A stretch of DNA of 64,000 nucleotides, taken from positions 61,690,001 to 61,754,000 of the forward strand of contig NC_042998.1 in the NCBI RefSeq assembly GCF_006345805.1, read 5' to 3'. The translations under genes were made by a program, and so were the position numbers. Source of the stretch: Octopus sinensis. Its lineage: Eukaryota. Below, piece by piece: positions 27,346 through 40,190 of the stretch. Each line of letters starts with the position of its first letter. The stretch's first letter is position 1. The notes under the pieces are model-generated. The model did not search any database, was not told the DNA's origin, and saw nothing but the letters and a program-made list of their open reading frames with translations.

Positions 27346-29077
27346 GATAAGTAGAGTTATATCCCTTTTCAAGATGCACGTCAAATTATTAGCAGTAATG
27401 GGTGTAAGAGTTAAACAAAGTGTGGTCCGTAGTGGCTTAATATTAGTAATAGTGAGGTTTAAACTCAGTGTGACCAATTTAGTATTAGTAGTAAGTAGTA
27501 AGAGTTAAACTAGTGTGTATATGTGTGACTACATCAATGTCAATCTCTAATTTAACTTTGTAATAGTTTTCAAGAAGGTAAAATGTCAAGTTCATGATTG
27601 AAAACTCCTGATGCTGTATTGAATCGTGATTAACGCACAGAACATTACATTACCTGGTCGTCTTCTCTGCAGAATTGGTGTGTACAGAGAAAAAAAAAAA
27701 ATGATTTTCTTTGTAGTGTACCTAACTCTATATAATAAGTCTGTTCTTAATATATCTCTTAATTATCTGCTCCATGATAAAAATTAATTATTTTCTTTTC
27801 TGTTTTTTTTTTAGTGTGAGTGTGGCAAAACGTATTCTTTTTAATGTTTCTTACAGATTCTTATGAGTTATGCCAAGAAGTGCTCAGTTTAATTGCAACG
27901 CTGCGCAGTTATCTCCCTTATATTGCGCTCTTATGGAGGATCCATTCCATTAACCTGTTTTGTAGTATATTTCTGCTGAAGTACGCTGCTTCTTTAATTA
28001 ATTCTGAAAATAAATGAAGAATTTATCAAAACAATTTTGTTATTATAAAACTAGTGTTTGGAATATAAATTAATATGAAATTTTGATGGACGGTTTCTCA
28101 GTTATACAATAATGAATTTGTATATTAGAACTAAGAGTGGTCTTAGGCAAGTTGGTATCAAATGGTATTAAACAGTTTACATACCACACACGCACATTCT
28201 GAAATATTATAACCCTGTACTTTAAATAAAGATCATAGTACAATGCTTATCCATATTTATGGATTCTCCCTATTTCTCTAGTTGTTACAGTAGCAAAATT
28301 AAGAGATATTTTGGCACTGGGGATTCTGCACAAAATCTACTTGGTATCAGAAGTTTTGGTACCAAGAAAATTCTGCTTTTACATCAAATAACATCTGATT
28401 TAGAATACCCAGTCTGGCACATAAAAAGCACTATCCAAACGTTATCGATACCTGGCCCACCTGACTGGCTCCTTTGCCAGTGGCATGTAAAAAGCATCCC
28501 CTGCACGCTTAGAGTGATTGGCATTAGGAAGGGCATCCAGCTGTAGAAACATTTCCAGATCAGGTTGGAGCATGGTGTGACCACTGGCACTCCAGACCTC
28601 AGTCAAACCGTCCAACCCATGCCAGCATGGAAAACTGACGTTAAACGATGGTGATGGTGGTGGTGGTGATGATGATGTCTCAGAAACTAAAGAAGCAGAT
28701 ATGTTCAAAGAATTTGTTATGGCTTTATTTTATTCATGAGATTGTGGTTTCGATTCTCAAACACTTTTAGTCTGGATGGTCGTAGCCATGTTGGCATTAA
28801 AAAGTTTTAAAAAGAGGGAGATTGCTTAATATAATTCTAGATGCCTCTTAAAGGGTCAGGACTGCAATGCCTTTGCTCAATTAGAGATCACCTCGGACTA
28901 ATCATTAACTAATCTTTTCAAATTAATTGTTTTAATCATTAATTTTATTTCCTTTATTACATTATCTTTCTATTTTTTTTATTTGATTTTTATTGAAGGT
29001 ATGGATACTTTTTTTTAAGAAATACATTTTTAATGATTTTCTTTCTTTTTTCTTTTTTTTTCTGCTAATTCTTTCAG

Positions 29078-30095
29078 AAACCCCAACTTCTGGCAAACTG
29101 GTGGCTGTTTTCTATTGTCATTTAGCCTGTTTGATCTTTGGCATGTAAATGAAAAGGTACCGGAAGAAGACAGAGTGAAACGTTTGGTGTACGAGGCTAG
29201 AAAATCTCAGAAAGATGGAGAACTATTGAAATGTGAGAAGTATTACCATGAAGCGTTGTCTGTTGTCATACAGAGACACCAAAACAAAGAAATCGATGAC
29301 AACGAACTACTTCAAGCAAGAACATATTTGTTTGACTGTCTGGCTAACTTGTCTTTCAGCTTAAATGAATTTGACAAAGCAGAGAAACTGTACAAGGAGA
29401 CAATCAAAGGTTGTGTGCAAGCAGGGATGCCTACTAATGGCAATGTTATTTTAGAAATTTCATTGAAATTAGCTAACATCTATGCTATCGAGGACCGATC
29501 TGAGGAAGCTATTTTGGGCTTTGAGTTTTGCATAAATACTCTGAGAGAGAAGTTAAAGGAGGGGGAGAAGAAAGAGGAGGTGAAGAAGGAGGAAAGTAAG
29601 AAAGAAGATGAATGGGAGGAATTGTATAAAGATACTGAGGCATTGTTAGGTATGTGTTTAGATAGCTATGGCCGTTATCTTCTTCGATTGTCTGACTATG
29701 ACAAGGCAGAAAAAATGCTAAGTGACTCTTTTTGTATAGCGAAAAAATGTCTTGGAGACACTCACAGACAGACTTTAGTAATTATGACTAATTTAGGAGT
29801 AGCAAACATTTTCAAAAAGAACTATGCATTTGCCGAGCAGTTAATACTGCAAGCTATCAAAATTGGAGAAGATATTGATGCAGAGGAAATATCTGCACTT
29901 TATTGTAATCTGGGTGCAGTCTATCTTGCACAGATGCAGATGGAAAAAGCTCACGAAGCATGTCTAAAAGGAATGGCCTCTGCACAGAGGAACAATGACA
30001 GCATTGCTGTAAAGAAGGCGAAAACCTGTCTGCAAAAGGTCACTGACCATAGAAATGAAAAAGTTCAAGTGTCAGCCAGTCAGGCGCAAAGTTGA
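29078..30095 (+). CDS. TTC19: TTC19 homolog (tetratricopeptide repeat protein 19, mitochondrial), coding exon 2
   Basis: A long polypyrimidine tract ending TTCAG at 29077 precedes a 1018-nt open frame. TPR helices carry motifs I recognise from TTC19: YLFDCLANL, AEKLYKETI, VILEISLKLANIYA, GFEFCINTL, LLGMCLDSYGRYLL, GDTHRQTLVIMTNL, LYCNLGAVYL. Joined product is about 389 aa (human about 380). Confidence 0.93.
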
Positions 30096-30145
30096 CAAAT
30101 GGGATCTTAGGTAATTGTTATATAACCTAAATATTATTGTTGTAG

Positions 30146-30151
30146 AATAAA
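30146..30151 (+). terminator. Candidate polyadenylation signal of TTC19
   Basis: AATAAA about 50 nt after the stop codon, followed by T/GT-rich sequence. Confidence 0.45.
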
Positions 30152-31466
30152 TTATATAAGAAATATTCTCAGTCAGCATGTTTTATTTGATTTATTTCAT
30201 GTTTTCTGTTTTCAACCAAGAATACTACATTGTTATTTAGAAATATATATATATATTTTTTGAGTATTTTATTATTTCACATTCATAAGGGTGTTCAGAA
30301 ATGTTCTTCTGTCTTGAAGAAAAAAACAAAGAAAAGCACCCAGTACACATCATAAAATGGTTGGCTTTAGAAAGGGGCATCCTTCCATAGAAGCCATCCC
30401 TAAGGTGATGCTGGGGCTCAGTACAGCCCTGCAGTTTGTCGGATCCTGTCAAACTGTTCAGCCCGTGGCAGCATGGAAAACAGACATTTGACGATGGTGA
30501 TGATGATGATGACAAGCCGGCAGGGTTGTTAGCATGTTGGAAAAAATACTCAGCAGCATTTCTTTCTGCTATTTATGTTTTAAGTTCAAGTTCTACCAAA
30601 GTCAACTTTGTCATCCTTTAGTTCAGCACAAGGGTTGATGTGATCTCCTAATCTGCTCCCTTAAAATTGTTGCCTTTTGTGCTATAATTTGTAACCCTTA
30701 TTTTACATTCATTTTCCCATACTTTATAGCTTGGGCAGGTGGCAAATTGGCAAAGTTGTTAGAATGTTAACAAGCTGCTTTTAGAATCTGATATTCATTC
30801 TGGTTCGTCCATGCTTTGAGTTCAAATCCCACTGCATGGCACCTTAGGCTAGTGTCTTCTACTATAGCCCTGGGTTAACAAATGCCTTGTGAGTGAATTT
30901 GTGTGACAAAAATTTGTATGGAAGCTTATAATATATTTATATATATGACATACATATATATATATAAAATATGTGTGTTCATTACCCCTTCACTGCTTGA
31001 CAATCAGTGTTGCTTCATTTAGGTCCCCATAACTTAGTGGTTTGGCAAAAGGGACCATTAGGCTTTAAAAAAAGACCTAAGTATTGGGGTTGACTTGACT
31101 GAAACTTTTCAAGGCAGTGCCCCAGCATGGTCGCAGTCCTATAACTGAAATAAGTCAAAAATGAAAGATAAATACCAATTGCAGTTGGAGGATTGGTGCA
31201 ATTGTTAGAATGTGGGACATGTTGGTGGTGGTATCTTTTCCAGTTATTCTTTTACTTGTTTCAGTCATTTGACTGCGGCCATGCTGGAGCACCACCTTTA
31301 GTCAAGCAAATCGACCCCAGGACTTATTCTTTGTAAGCCTAGTACACATTCTATCGTTCTTTTTTTGCCAAGCCGCTAAGTTACAGGGACATAAACGCAC
31401 CAGCATTGATTGTAGAGCGATGTTGGGGGGACAAATACAGACACACAAACATATACACACACATAC

Positions 31467-31512
<46 letters not shown>

Positions 31513-31688
31513 TCATCATCATCATCATCATTTAACGTCCGCTTTCCATGCTAGCATGGGTTGGACGGTTCAACTGGGGTCTGGGGAGCCCGAAAGCTGC
31601 ACCAGTCCAGTCAGATCTGGCAGTGTTTCTACAGCTGGATGCCCTTCCTAACGCCAACCACTCTGAGAGTGTAGTGGGTGATTTTATG

Positions 31689-31990
31689 TGCCACCGACAC
31701 AGGTGCCAGACGAGGCTGGCAAACGGCCACGCTCGGATGGTGTTTTTTATGTGCCACCGACACAGGTGCCAGACGAGGCTGGCAGACGGCCACGCTCGGA
31801 TGGTGTTTTTATGTGCCACCGACACAGGTGCCAGACGAGGCTGGCAGACGGCCACGCTCGGATGGTGTTTTTATGTGCCACCGACACAGGTGCCAGACGA
31901 GGCTGGCAGACGGCCACGCTCGGATGGTGTTTTATGTGCCACCGACACAGGTGCCAGATGAGGCTGGCAAACGGCCACGATCGGATGGTG
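31689..31990. repeat. Minisatellite, 5 x ~62 bp inside a family C element
   Basis: Unit gtgccaccgacacaggtgccagacgaggctggcagacggccacgctcggatggtgtttttat. Confidence 0.95.
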
Positions 31991-32099
31991 CTTGTTACGT
32001 GCCCACAGCACGGAGGCCAGTCGATGCGGTACTGGCTACGGCCACGTTCGGATGGTTTTCTTATGTGCCACGTGCCACCGGCACTGGTAACACAAAGAT

Positions 32100-33720
32100 A
32101 CAAATTCCATTGATGTTCATCTATTTTGATTTGTTTTGATTTTGATTTTCACTTGCCTCAACAGGTCTTCACAAGTGTCACAAGAAGGAAGGTATGCACA
32201 GGTGGACTGACTACGTCCCAGGTAGAGGCCATGGGTTATGGCCTGACTAGTCTTGCCGGGTCTTCGGATGGGTTTTTATGTGCCACCGACACAGGTGCTA
32301 GATGAGGCTGGCGAACGGCCACGATCGGATGGTGTTTGTCATGTGCCCACCGCACTGACTACGGCACTGATGGATTCTTGTGTGCCACAGGCACTGGTAC
32401 CACAAGATACAAATTCCATTGATGTTCATCTATTTTGTCTATTTTGATTTGATTTGATTGATTTTCACTTGCCTCAACCGGTCTTCACAAGTGTCACAAG
32501 AAGGAAGGTATGCACAGGTGGACTGACTAGTCTTGCCGGGTCTTCGGAAGGTGTTTTTATGTGCCACCGACAAGGTGCCAGATGAGGCTGGCGAACGGCC
32601 ATGATCGGATGGTGTTTGTTACATGCCCACAGCACGGAGGCCGGTCGATGCGGAACTGGCTACGGCCACGTTCGGATGGTTCTCATGTGTGCCAACGGCA
32701 CTGGTACCACAAAGTGTGTGCCACCGGCACTGGTACCACAAAGATACAGATTCCATTGATGTTCATCTATTTTGATTTGTTTTGATTTGATTTTCACTTG
32801 CCTCAACAGGTCTTCACAAGTGTCACAAGAAGGAAGGTATGCACAGGTGGACTGACTACGTCCCAGGTAGGGGCATGGGTTATGGCCGACTAGTCTTGCC
32901 GGGTCTTCGGATGGTGTTTTTATGTGCCACCGACACAGGTGCTAGATGAGGCTGGCGAACGGCCACGATCGGATGGTGTTTGTCATGTGCCCACAGAACG
33001 GAGGCCAGTCGATGCGGTACTGGCTAAGGCCACTTTCGGATGGTTTTCTCTTGTGTGCCACCGGCACTGGTACCACAAAGATACAGATTCCATTGATGTT
33101 CATCTATTTTGATTTTTTGATTTGATTTGATTTTGATTTTGATTTTCACTTGCCTCAACAGGCCTTTGATTTTCACTTGCCTCAACAGGCCTTCACAAGT
33201 ATCACAAGGAGGAAGGTATGCACAGTGGACTGACTACGTCCCAGGTAGGGGCCATGGTTTATGGCCTGACTAGTCTTGCCGGGTCTTCGGAAGGTGTTTT
33301 TATGTGCCACCGACACAGGTGCTAGATGAGGCTGGCGAACGGCCACGACCGGATGGTGTTTGTTATGTGCCCACAGCACGATGGCCAGTGATGCGGTACT
33401 GACTACGGCCACGTTCGGATGGATCTTGTGTGCCACCGGCACTGGTACCACAAGCGGTACTGACTACGGCCAAGCGCGGTACTGACTTCGGCCACGTTCG
33501 GATGGATTCTTGTGTGCCACTGGCACTGGTACCACAAGGATACAAATTCCATTGATGTTCATCTATTTTGATTTGTTTTGATTGATTTGATTTGATTTTC
33601 ACTTGCCTCAGCAGGTCTTCACAAGTCAGAAGGTATGTACAGGTGGACTGACTACGTCCCAGGTAGGGCCCAGGGTTAGACCTGACTAGTCTTGCCGGGT
33701 CTTCGGATGGTGTTTTTTAT
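32100..33720. repeat. Higher-order tandem array, about 5 units of 310-460 bp
   Basis: Marker attccattgatgttcatctat at about 32104, 32413, 32750, 33087 and 33546. Confidence 0.9.
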
Positions 33721-33798
33721 ATATATATGTATGTATATATATATAATATAATATATATATATGGTATTTTTTTGTATGATTGTTAGTGTATGTTTTTT

Positions 33799-33898
33799 NN
33801 NNNNNNNNNNNNNNNNNNNNNNNNNNNNNNNNNNNNNNNNNNNNNNNNNNNNNNNNNNNNNNNNNNNNNNNNNNNNNNNNNNNNNNNNNNNNNNNNNN
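33799..33898. other. Assembly gap (100 N)
   Basis: Run of N. Confidence 1.
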
Positions 33899-33909
33899 TA
33901 TGTATGTAT

Positions 33910-34545
33910 AAAAAAATCAAAACAAATCAAAATAGATGAACATCAATGGAATTTGTATCTTTGTGGTACCAGTGCCGGTGGCACGTGGCACATAAGAAAA
34001 CCATCCGAACGTGGCCGTAGCCAGTACCGCATCGACTAGCCTCCGTGCTGTGGGCACGTAACAAGCACCATCCGATCGTGGCCGTTTGCCAGCCTCATCT
34101 GGCACCTGTGTCGGTGGCACATAAAAACACCATCCGAGCGTGGCCGTCTGCCAGCCTCGTCTGGCACCTGTGTCGGTGGCACATAAAAACACCATCCGAG
34201 CGTGGCCGTCTGCCAGCCTCGTCTGGCACCTGTGTCGGTGGCACATAAAAAACACCATCCGAGCGTGGCCGTCTGCCAGCCTCGTCTGGCACCTGTGTCG
34301 GTGGCACATAAAAAACACCATCCGAGCGTGGCCGTTTGCCAGCCTCGTCTGGCACCTGTGTCGGTGGCACATAAAATCACCCACTACACTCTCGGAGTGG
34401 TTGGCGTTAGGAAGGGCATCCAGCTGTAGAAACACTGCCAGATCTGACTGGACTGGTGCAGCTTTCGGGCTCCCCAGACCCCAGTTGAACCGTCCAACCC
34501 ATGCTAGCATGGAAAGCGGACGTTAAATGATGATGATGATGATGA
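33910..34545 (+). repeat. Inverted near-identical copy of 31510-32135
   Basis: Same family C element with five 62-bp units, reverse-complemented; only a few substitutions and T-run differences. Confidence 0.9.
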
Positions 34546-35451
34546 TGTATGTATGTATATGTATGTATATATATATATATACACACACACATACAACTTG
34601 CTTCTTTCAGTTTCTGTCTACCAAATCCACTCACACAGCTTTGGTCAGACTGAGGCTATAGTAGAAGACACATGTGTAAGGTGCCATGCAGTGGGACTGA
34701 ACCTGAAATCATGTGGCTGGTAGGCCAAATTCTCCCTGATTACTGAAAGCCAGCGCTAATCATCCTATCACTGGAGTACTTCATCCAACATACAAAATAA
34801 GGGAAGAATGACTGAAATTAGCCTCTGTGAATGAACAGGTTGGCCTATGACTAGCTTAGATGAGCTGATTGTAGGCCTACCTTGATGATCTTGATAACAT
34901 GTAATAACACAATAAAATACACAGACTGGTGAAGCAGGAAGAATATATATCCATGCAATGAAGTGGGCCTATATGTGATAACTCAACATATTTATATACA
35001 AAATCGAAATCGATCAACATCAATGGAAATTGTAGCTGTAATACCAATGCCGGTAGCATGTAAGAGAACCATCCGAACGTGGCCGTTGCCAGCCTTGCCT
35101 GGCCTCTGTGCCGGTGGCATGTAAAAAGCACCCACTACACTCTCGGAGTGGTTGGCATTAGGAAGGGCATCCAGCCATAGAAACATTGCCAAATCAGACT
35201 GGGCCTGGTGCAGCCTTCTGGCTTCCCAGACACCAGCTGAACTGTCCAACCCATGCTAGCATGGAAAGCGGATGCTAAACGATGATGATGATGATGAGAT
35301 TGGCATGGCTGGAAAGTCTTTAATTACTAGACCTGTTGGCCAAAGTTCAACTAATGGACAATGATAACAAGCTGATGTAAGCTAATAAAGGAGCTTTTTT
35401 ATGATCACTCAACCTGCTAGGAAATACCCATTTCAGCTTATGCATCATTAA

Positions 35452-35658
35452 CCGTTTAGCATTCAAACAAGTCAAATATTCTACCTGTTCAAACTGGCTA
35501 GATCCAGCATTTCACACCTAACCTGCAATGTCATTCTAAAAATAAACAATCATGCTTTTGAAATCTCTAAGCTACAAGATAATACATGATTAACTTTTTT
35601 CCCTTTTTAATGTAAATAAATAAGCATTTTATTTGACAGTAATCTGAATGCTAGAGGG
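35452..35658. mobile_element. piggyBac-type MITE
   Basis: TTAA|CCGTTTAGCATTCA...TGAATGCTAGAGGG|TTAA. Confidence 0.7.
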
Positions 35659-36699
35659 TTAAACGTACATGTTTGTGCATTGCAATTATTTACAACTATA
35701 ATTCTAAAAAGCACATTCTATCAGATTCTAAGAGCATTTTTCTAGCATTCCAACAACTTTACCAATTCACCACCTGTCTAAACTATTTAGTATGGGAAAA
35801 TGAATGTAAAATAGTGAATTCAAATTAAGGGAGTGACTTACTCAATCACATTGACCCCCAGCACTCAACTGGTATTTATTTTATCAACCCGCCAAAGGAT
35901 GAAAGGCAAAGTTGACTTCAGCATAATTTGAACACAGAATGTAAATAGTTGAAAGAAATGTTGCTAAACATTTTATCTTGATATATTCCTTGTAAAGGTG
36001 CATGGCCTAGTAGTAAAGGTGTTGTACTTGTGATCATAAGGTCATGGTTTCAATTCCCAGACCAGGCTATGCATTATGTTTTTGAGCAAAACACTTAATT
36101 CCACATTACTCCACTTCATTCGTCTGTAAATGAGTTTCAGCAATAATTAGCAAGTTAACTCTGTAACAGACTGAGCATACCATTCAATGGGAAGTGATGT
36201 GGCATCAGTCACTTATTCACTATGGAAAACCAGATTGAGCCCCAGCCTTATGAGTCCAGGGGTTCATGATAGACCTACATATATTGCTTGACTCTTATTG
36301 ATTTTTACTTCCCTCACATGAACCTAGCAACGTACAAATATCACCAGAAGCTTTCCTCTTTTACTACACAGTGAAAATATCAACCCTTCTTTTCAGCTGT
36401 TTTCATCAAAAAGTGTGTGACATTTGCTTTCTACTACTTTGTATTCAGACCCGTTTGAATATTTACTTTCTTGCACACAAACTTGGCTAAAACTAATCAT
36501 CATCATTTAACGTCTGTTGTCCATGCTGGCATGGGCTGGACAGTTTGACCAGGGCTGGCAAGCCACAATGCTGCACCACACTCTAGTTTTCTGTTGTGGT
36601 ATGTTTTCTATGGCTGGATGCTCTTCCTAATGCCAACCACTTCACAAAGTGTACTGGATGTTTTTACATGTCACTGCACAGGCACTTTTATATGGCACT

Positions 36700-39060
36700 G
36701 ATGAGCAAGACCTACCACCTTTACACAATGATCTTCCTCTGTTGACTAGCATACTCTTTGCACAATGAGCTTTCTCTTGCATTTAGCATTGGTATTTTCC
36801 CACCTCTTGGCACTGTAGCTGCCAAATCCTTGTTCTCCTCAACAGACTTCTCCAACAATCTCCTGGTACTTCAGTATGCTTCTACTTCTTTCACAGCTCT
36901 CTGGTGCATCCACTTCCTGTCGTTTTTTTGTGGTCTTGTTGGCATGTCTGATTTTCTCGGCCTCAGATAACAGCAATTTACTGATTGATCTTAAATTGGT
37001 TTGAATTCCCCCAGCACTGATGGAAACGATAATCGAAGCCTAGAGGTTTTGTTGTATGAGTTAAGTGTGCCAAAAGTTGGAGGAAGGCTCAGTCACCTTC
37101 CCACGAATTTACAGCACAACTGCTTCATTGCTTCCATCAGAATCATGGCAAATTCATAGTGCAACAATAGTCACCACAGTCTTAATATGATGCCACATTG
37201 GAAGCACTCTACTCTGAACCTGTCACATTTGATCAAATTCCTTCACAAATTTTTTTGTTAGTTATTAGTGCTTTAAGCATTACTATTGTCCTTAAACCTA
37301 CAATTGTTATCCCTTCCAAGGCATCAGACCCCTGTTTCTTCGATTGTCAGAATATCAAACTCCTGAATGCTGAAGCTGTTTGTCAACCTTCTTTTGAGGA
37401 TACTCAGGCCCTGAGATTTTGCCATTTTGAACTTCACATGTGACTGTGTAGCCATCATTTCCAGTGACCTCAGGGTCCCCATGTCCCAAAGACTGAAGTT
37501 GTCATGGGCCCAGCAGAATGGATAACTAGTATTGTTAGTTTCTGATCCTTCCAGTTGCTTTTTAATAGAATTAGGTTCACAACCACTACGAATCAGATCA
37601 TAGATATTGTGCACCTTACATTAATACTGTTTCTACAGTTTCTGCCATTTGGTGGTGGAATTTCTCATAGTGAACCTCATCTTCAGTGAATCTATGTGCG
37701 ACATTAGGATCTCACAATTGCAGTTGGTACCTGATAGACTCCAGTGCATTGGGAATTAGCTGGTGGTGATACTTAAGCAGGCTTTAGCGATTTACCTCCT
37801 TAATGATGTTGATGATTGCACTCCAGGATAGCAGGACTATGTCTGATCAAACGATTTTGTCATAATCTCTTTTCAGTAAATGAGTCTGCCTTTCAGGTAC
37901 ACTTGCAGAGCAGCATGGGGCATCCTTTTTAGACTTTTGTGTTGAATCACTCATTAGCCACTAAATATGTTGTTAATCTTTTGATAATGATAAACCATAA
38001 GATCTTTTCCTCATTGAGGTAAACATCTCTCAAAACTAGTCATTTCCTACTGAGTTTTCTTTTGGGACAAAACAGCCCTTAGCAGGTGCCTAGATCAAAG
38101 GTTCCTGTTTCTTCTCCCAGATAGAACATGAAAGTCTTGCTAACCACTTCAGCAGCAGTGTGTTATTTTTGAATACCTTATATATAGCATCAGATGGGTC
38201 TGGAGCAGTTCCTGCCCAGAATATTTCTTCTGGGATCACCATGCACTGCTGCTACTCTGCTCTCCATCATTTCCTTGGAACATAGCATCCTGTTTATTTA
38301 TTGTTTTGGCTTCCGAGGAGGTCAGCTTCAACTGAAAGGAATTATTGAAAAAGGTGTTCCTTTACCTTAACCTCTCTCTTTCTTTATCTCCCCCTCACAC
38401 ACATGTGCTTTCGTGAATGACTTTGCTCTTTGATGCTGGAGCAGGTTTCTTTGTGATTCTGAGCTAAGCTGGTTTAAGGCCACTTTTTCCCTGCTTCTTT
38501 CCACATTTTCTCCAGCTGTCTTAACTCTTTCCCCAATTCTGCTAGCTAGTGCTGCCTTCTACTAGGACCATACTGCTGGCTGGTTTTACCTTCCATCATG
38601 CCAAAGACATCTCAGTATGTCTGGTAAATCACTTTCACCATGATTCTCATCTTTCTGATTGCATTACCTTACAGAATGTCACCCAGGGTAATGTCCAACT
38701 CCCAAGCTAATTGAAGCCATCTCATATCTTGCTGGTGGCTAATTCAACCATAGTTTCTTCTCAAAGCTTTCTGGCATTCAGATTCATCCATTTGGCAAGT
38801 GAAGCAGGGCTGCACTGGACACTGGTCTGCATCGTGGCTCTTCTGGATCTCCAACTGGTAAGGAGTTCTAATGCACCAAGGAATAGGACCCTAAATGATA
38901 GGTGCTTTGCATTGCTGTAATTGTTCTTTGCACTTTGATTTGCCTTGATGGATCTTCATGCCCTTTTCACTACTAAATACTCCACCATAGACGATGCACT
39001 TTCTGGTTTTACCTTCCTGTCTTGCTGGAAGAATCATCAATTATTGCTTTTACACTGCAG
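36700..39060 (-). mobile_element. Decayed HERO-like (RLE-type) non-LTR retrotransposon
   Basis: In order on the minus strand: N-terminal finger-like SEKGMKIHQGKSKC; SAPxPSxxYKVFKN..LLKWL, GCFVPKE, RLTTYLVANE, NALESIxYQL, RFTMRNxTTKWQKL, GAQYL blocks; then GRKWxxxxAV..QEIVG..QGFGSY. Heavily frameshifted. Confidence 0.7.
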
Positions 39061-39996
39061 ATTTAAACATTACAACTGTTTCTTTTTCTCATCATTGAAC
39101 TATGATCAGACTGGAGCACCAACTTTAATGCAATCAATTTGACGAGTATTTTAGTTCATAAACCACAGAAGCATGACAGGACAAATTTGACATATACGAG
39201 AACAGAAAATATAAATGACATATACGTAGAACAGAAAATATAAATGTATTTAACGATATTAAACATTATACATTTTGTAAACATCAAATTAAAACCAAAG
39301 AAACAAAACCGAATCTGTTGTCTGGAATTGAACCATGTATTCCTTGCTTGCAAACAAATTGAGTTTACATACTTTTCTTTCCTCATTTAAGTATAAATAT
39401 CCGCCTGTTTTATCTTCATAGTCTGTAATATAACAAATTCAGCCATAACTTGACTTTCCTTACAGCTAAGTCTAACGTGTCCAGATGCCATGACTGCGTT
39501 CTTCATGTTTAGTTAGTGCATGTCAGAATATACAGTATGTTCTTCAACTTTATTGCGTTTATGTCTCAATCCGTTTAACATGTCCAGCTGCATGCAATAC
39601 TTCACCTATTGCGATAAACCATTACACGTCAGTGTGCGCCGTATAGTCCTCAACGTAACTGACTTTAGATCTGTTTACTCTTTACGTGATCATACTGCGA
39701 CTCTGCATTCTTGATGATTAATCACCGCATGTCAAAATGTACAATAAAGAGATACAGCTATTTTCAGTAAAGATGTTGGGGGGAGGCATACAGAATTAGA
39801 TTGATCGATCGAGATAGATAGATAGAGAGAGAGAATACAATACAAGGTAGCTAGATTACAACAAAGCACCATATGTGACTGACCACTGCATGGTAGAAAG
39901 CATTGTATAGTCCTTAGCTTGAGAAAGTTAAGGTATGACTATCGATCGGTAACCCATGAGCTACAATTTTGCTTGATCAGAGCTGACCAAAGGGCT

Positions 39997-40076
39997 ACAC
40001 ACACACACACACCACACACACACACACGCACACACGCACACACACACACACACACACACGCACGCACGCACACGCA

Positions 40077-40142
<66 letters not shown>

Positions 40143-40190
40143 ACACACACACAGACACACACACACACACAGACACACACACACACAGAG
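39997..40190. repeat. (CA)n/(CACG)n compound microsatellite
   Basis: Direct reading. Confidence 0.98.

Noticed and set aside
31689-33720. CRISPR-like appearance of the regular repeats
   Set aside because: Units are contiguous with no unique spacers, there are no cas genes, and the context is eukaryotic.
31532-34526. Overlapping repetitive ORFs (e.g. 197 aa at 33917-34510)
   Set aside because: Produced by the 62-bp minisatellite cycling through frames; no coding bias or splice context.
36385-39420. Possible minus-strand mini-gene (ATGAGGAAAGAAAA|GT at about 39372 joined to QVCVQESKYSNGSEY... at about 36490)
   Set aside because: It would give only about 35 aa with no recognisable similarity; splice signals of this strength are common by chance in AT-rich DNA.
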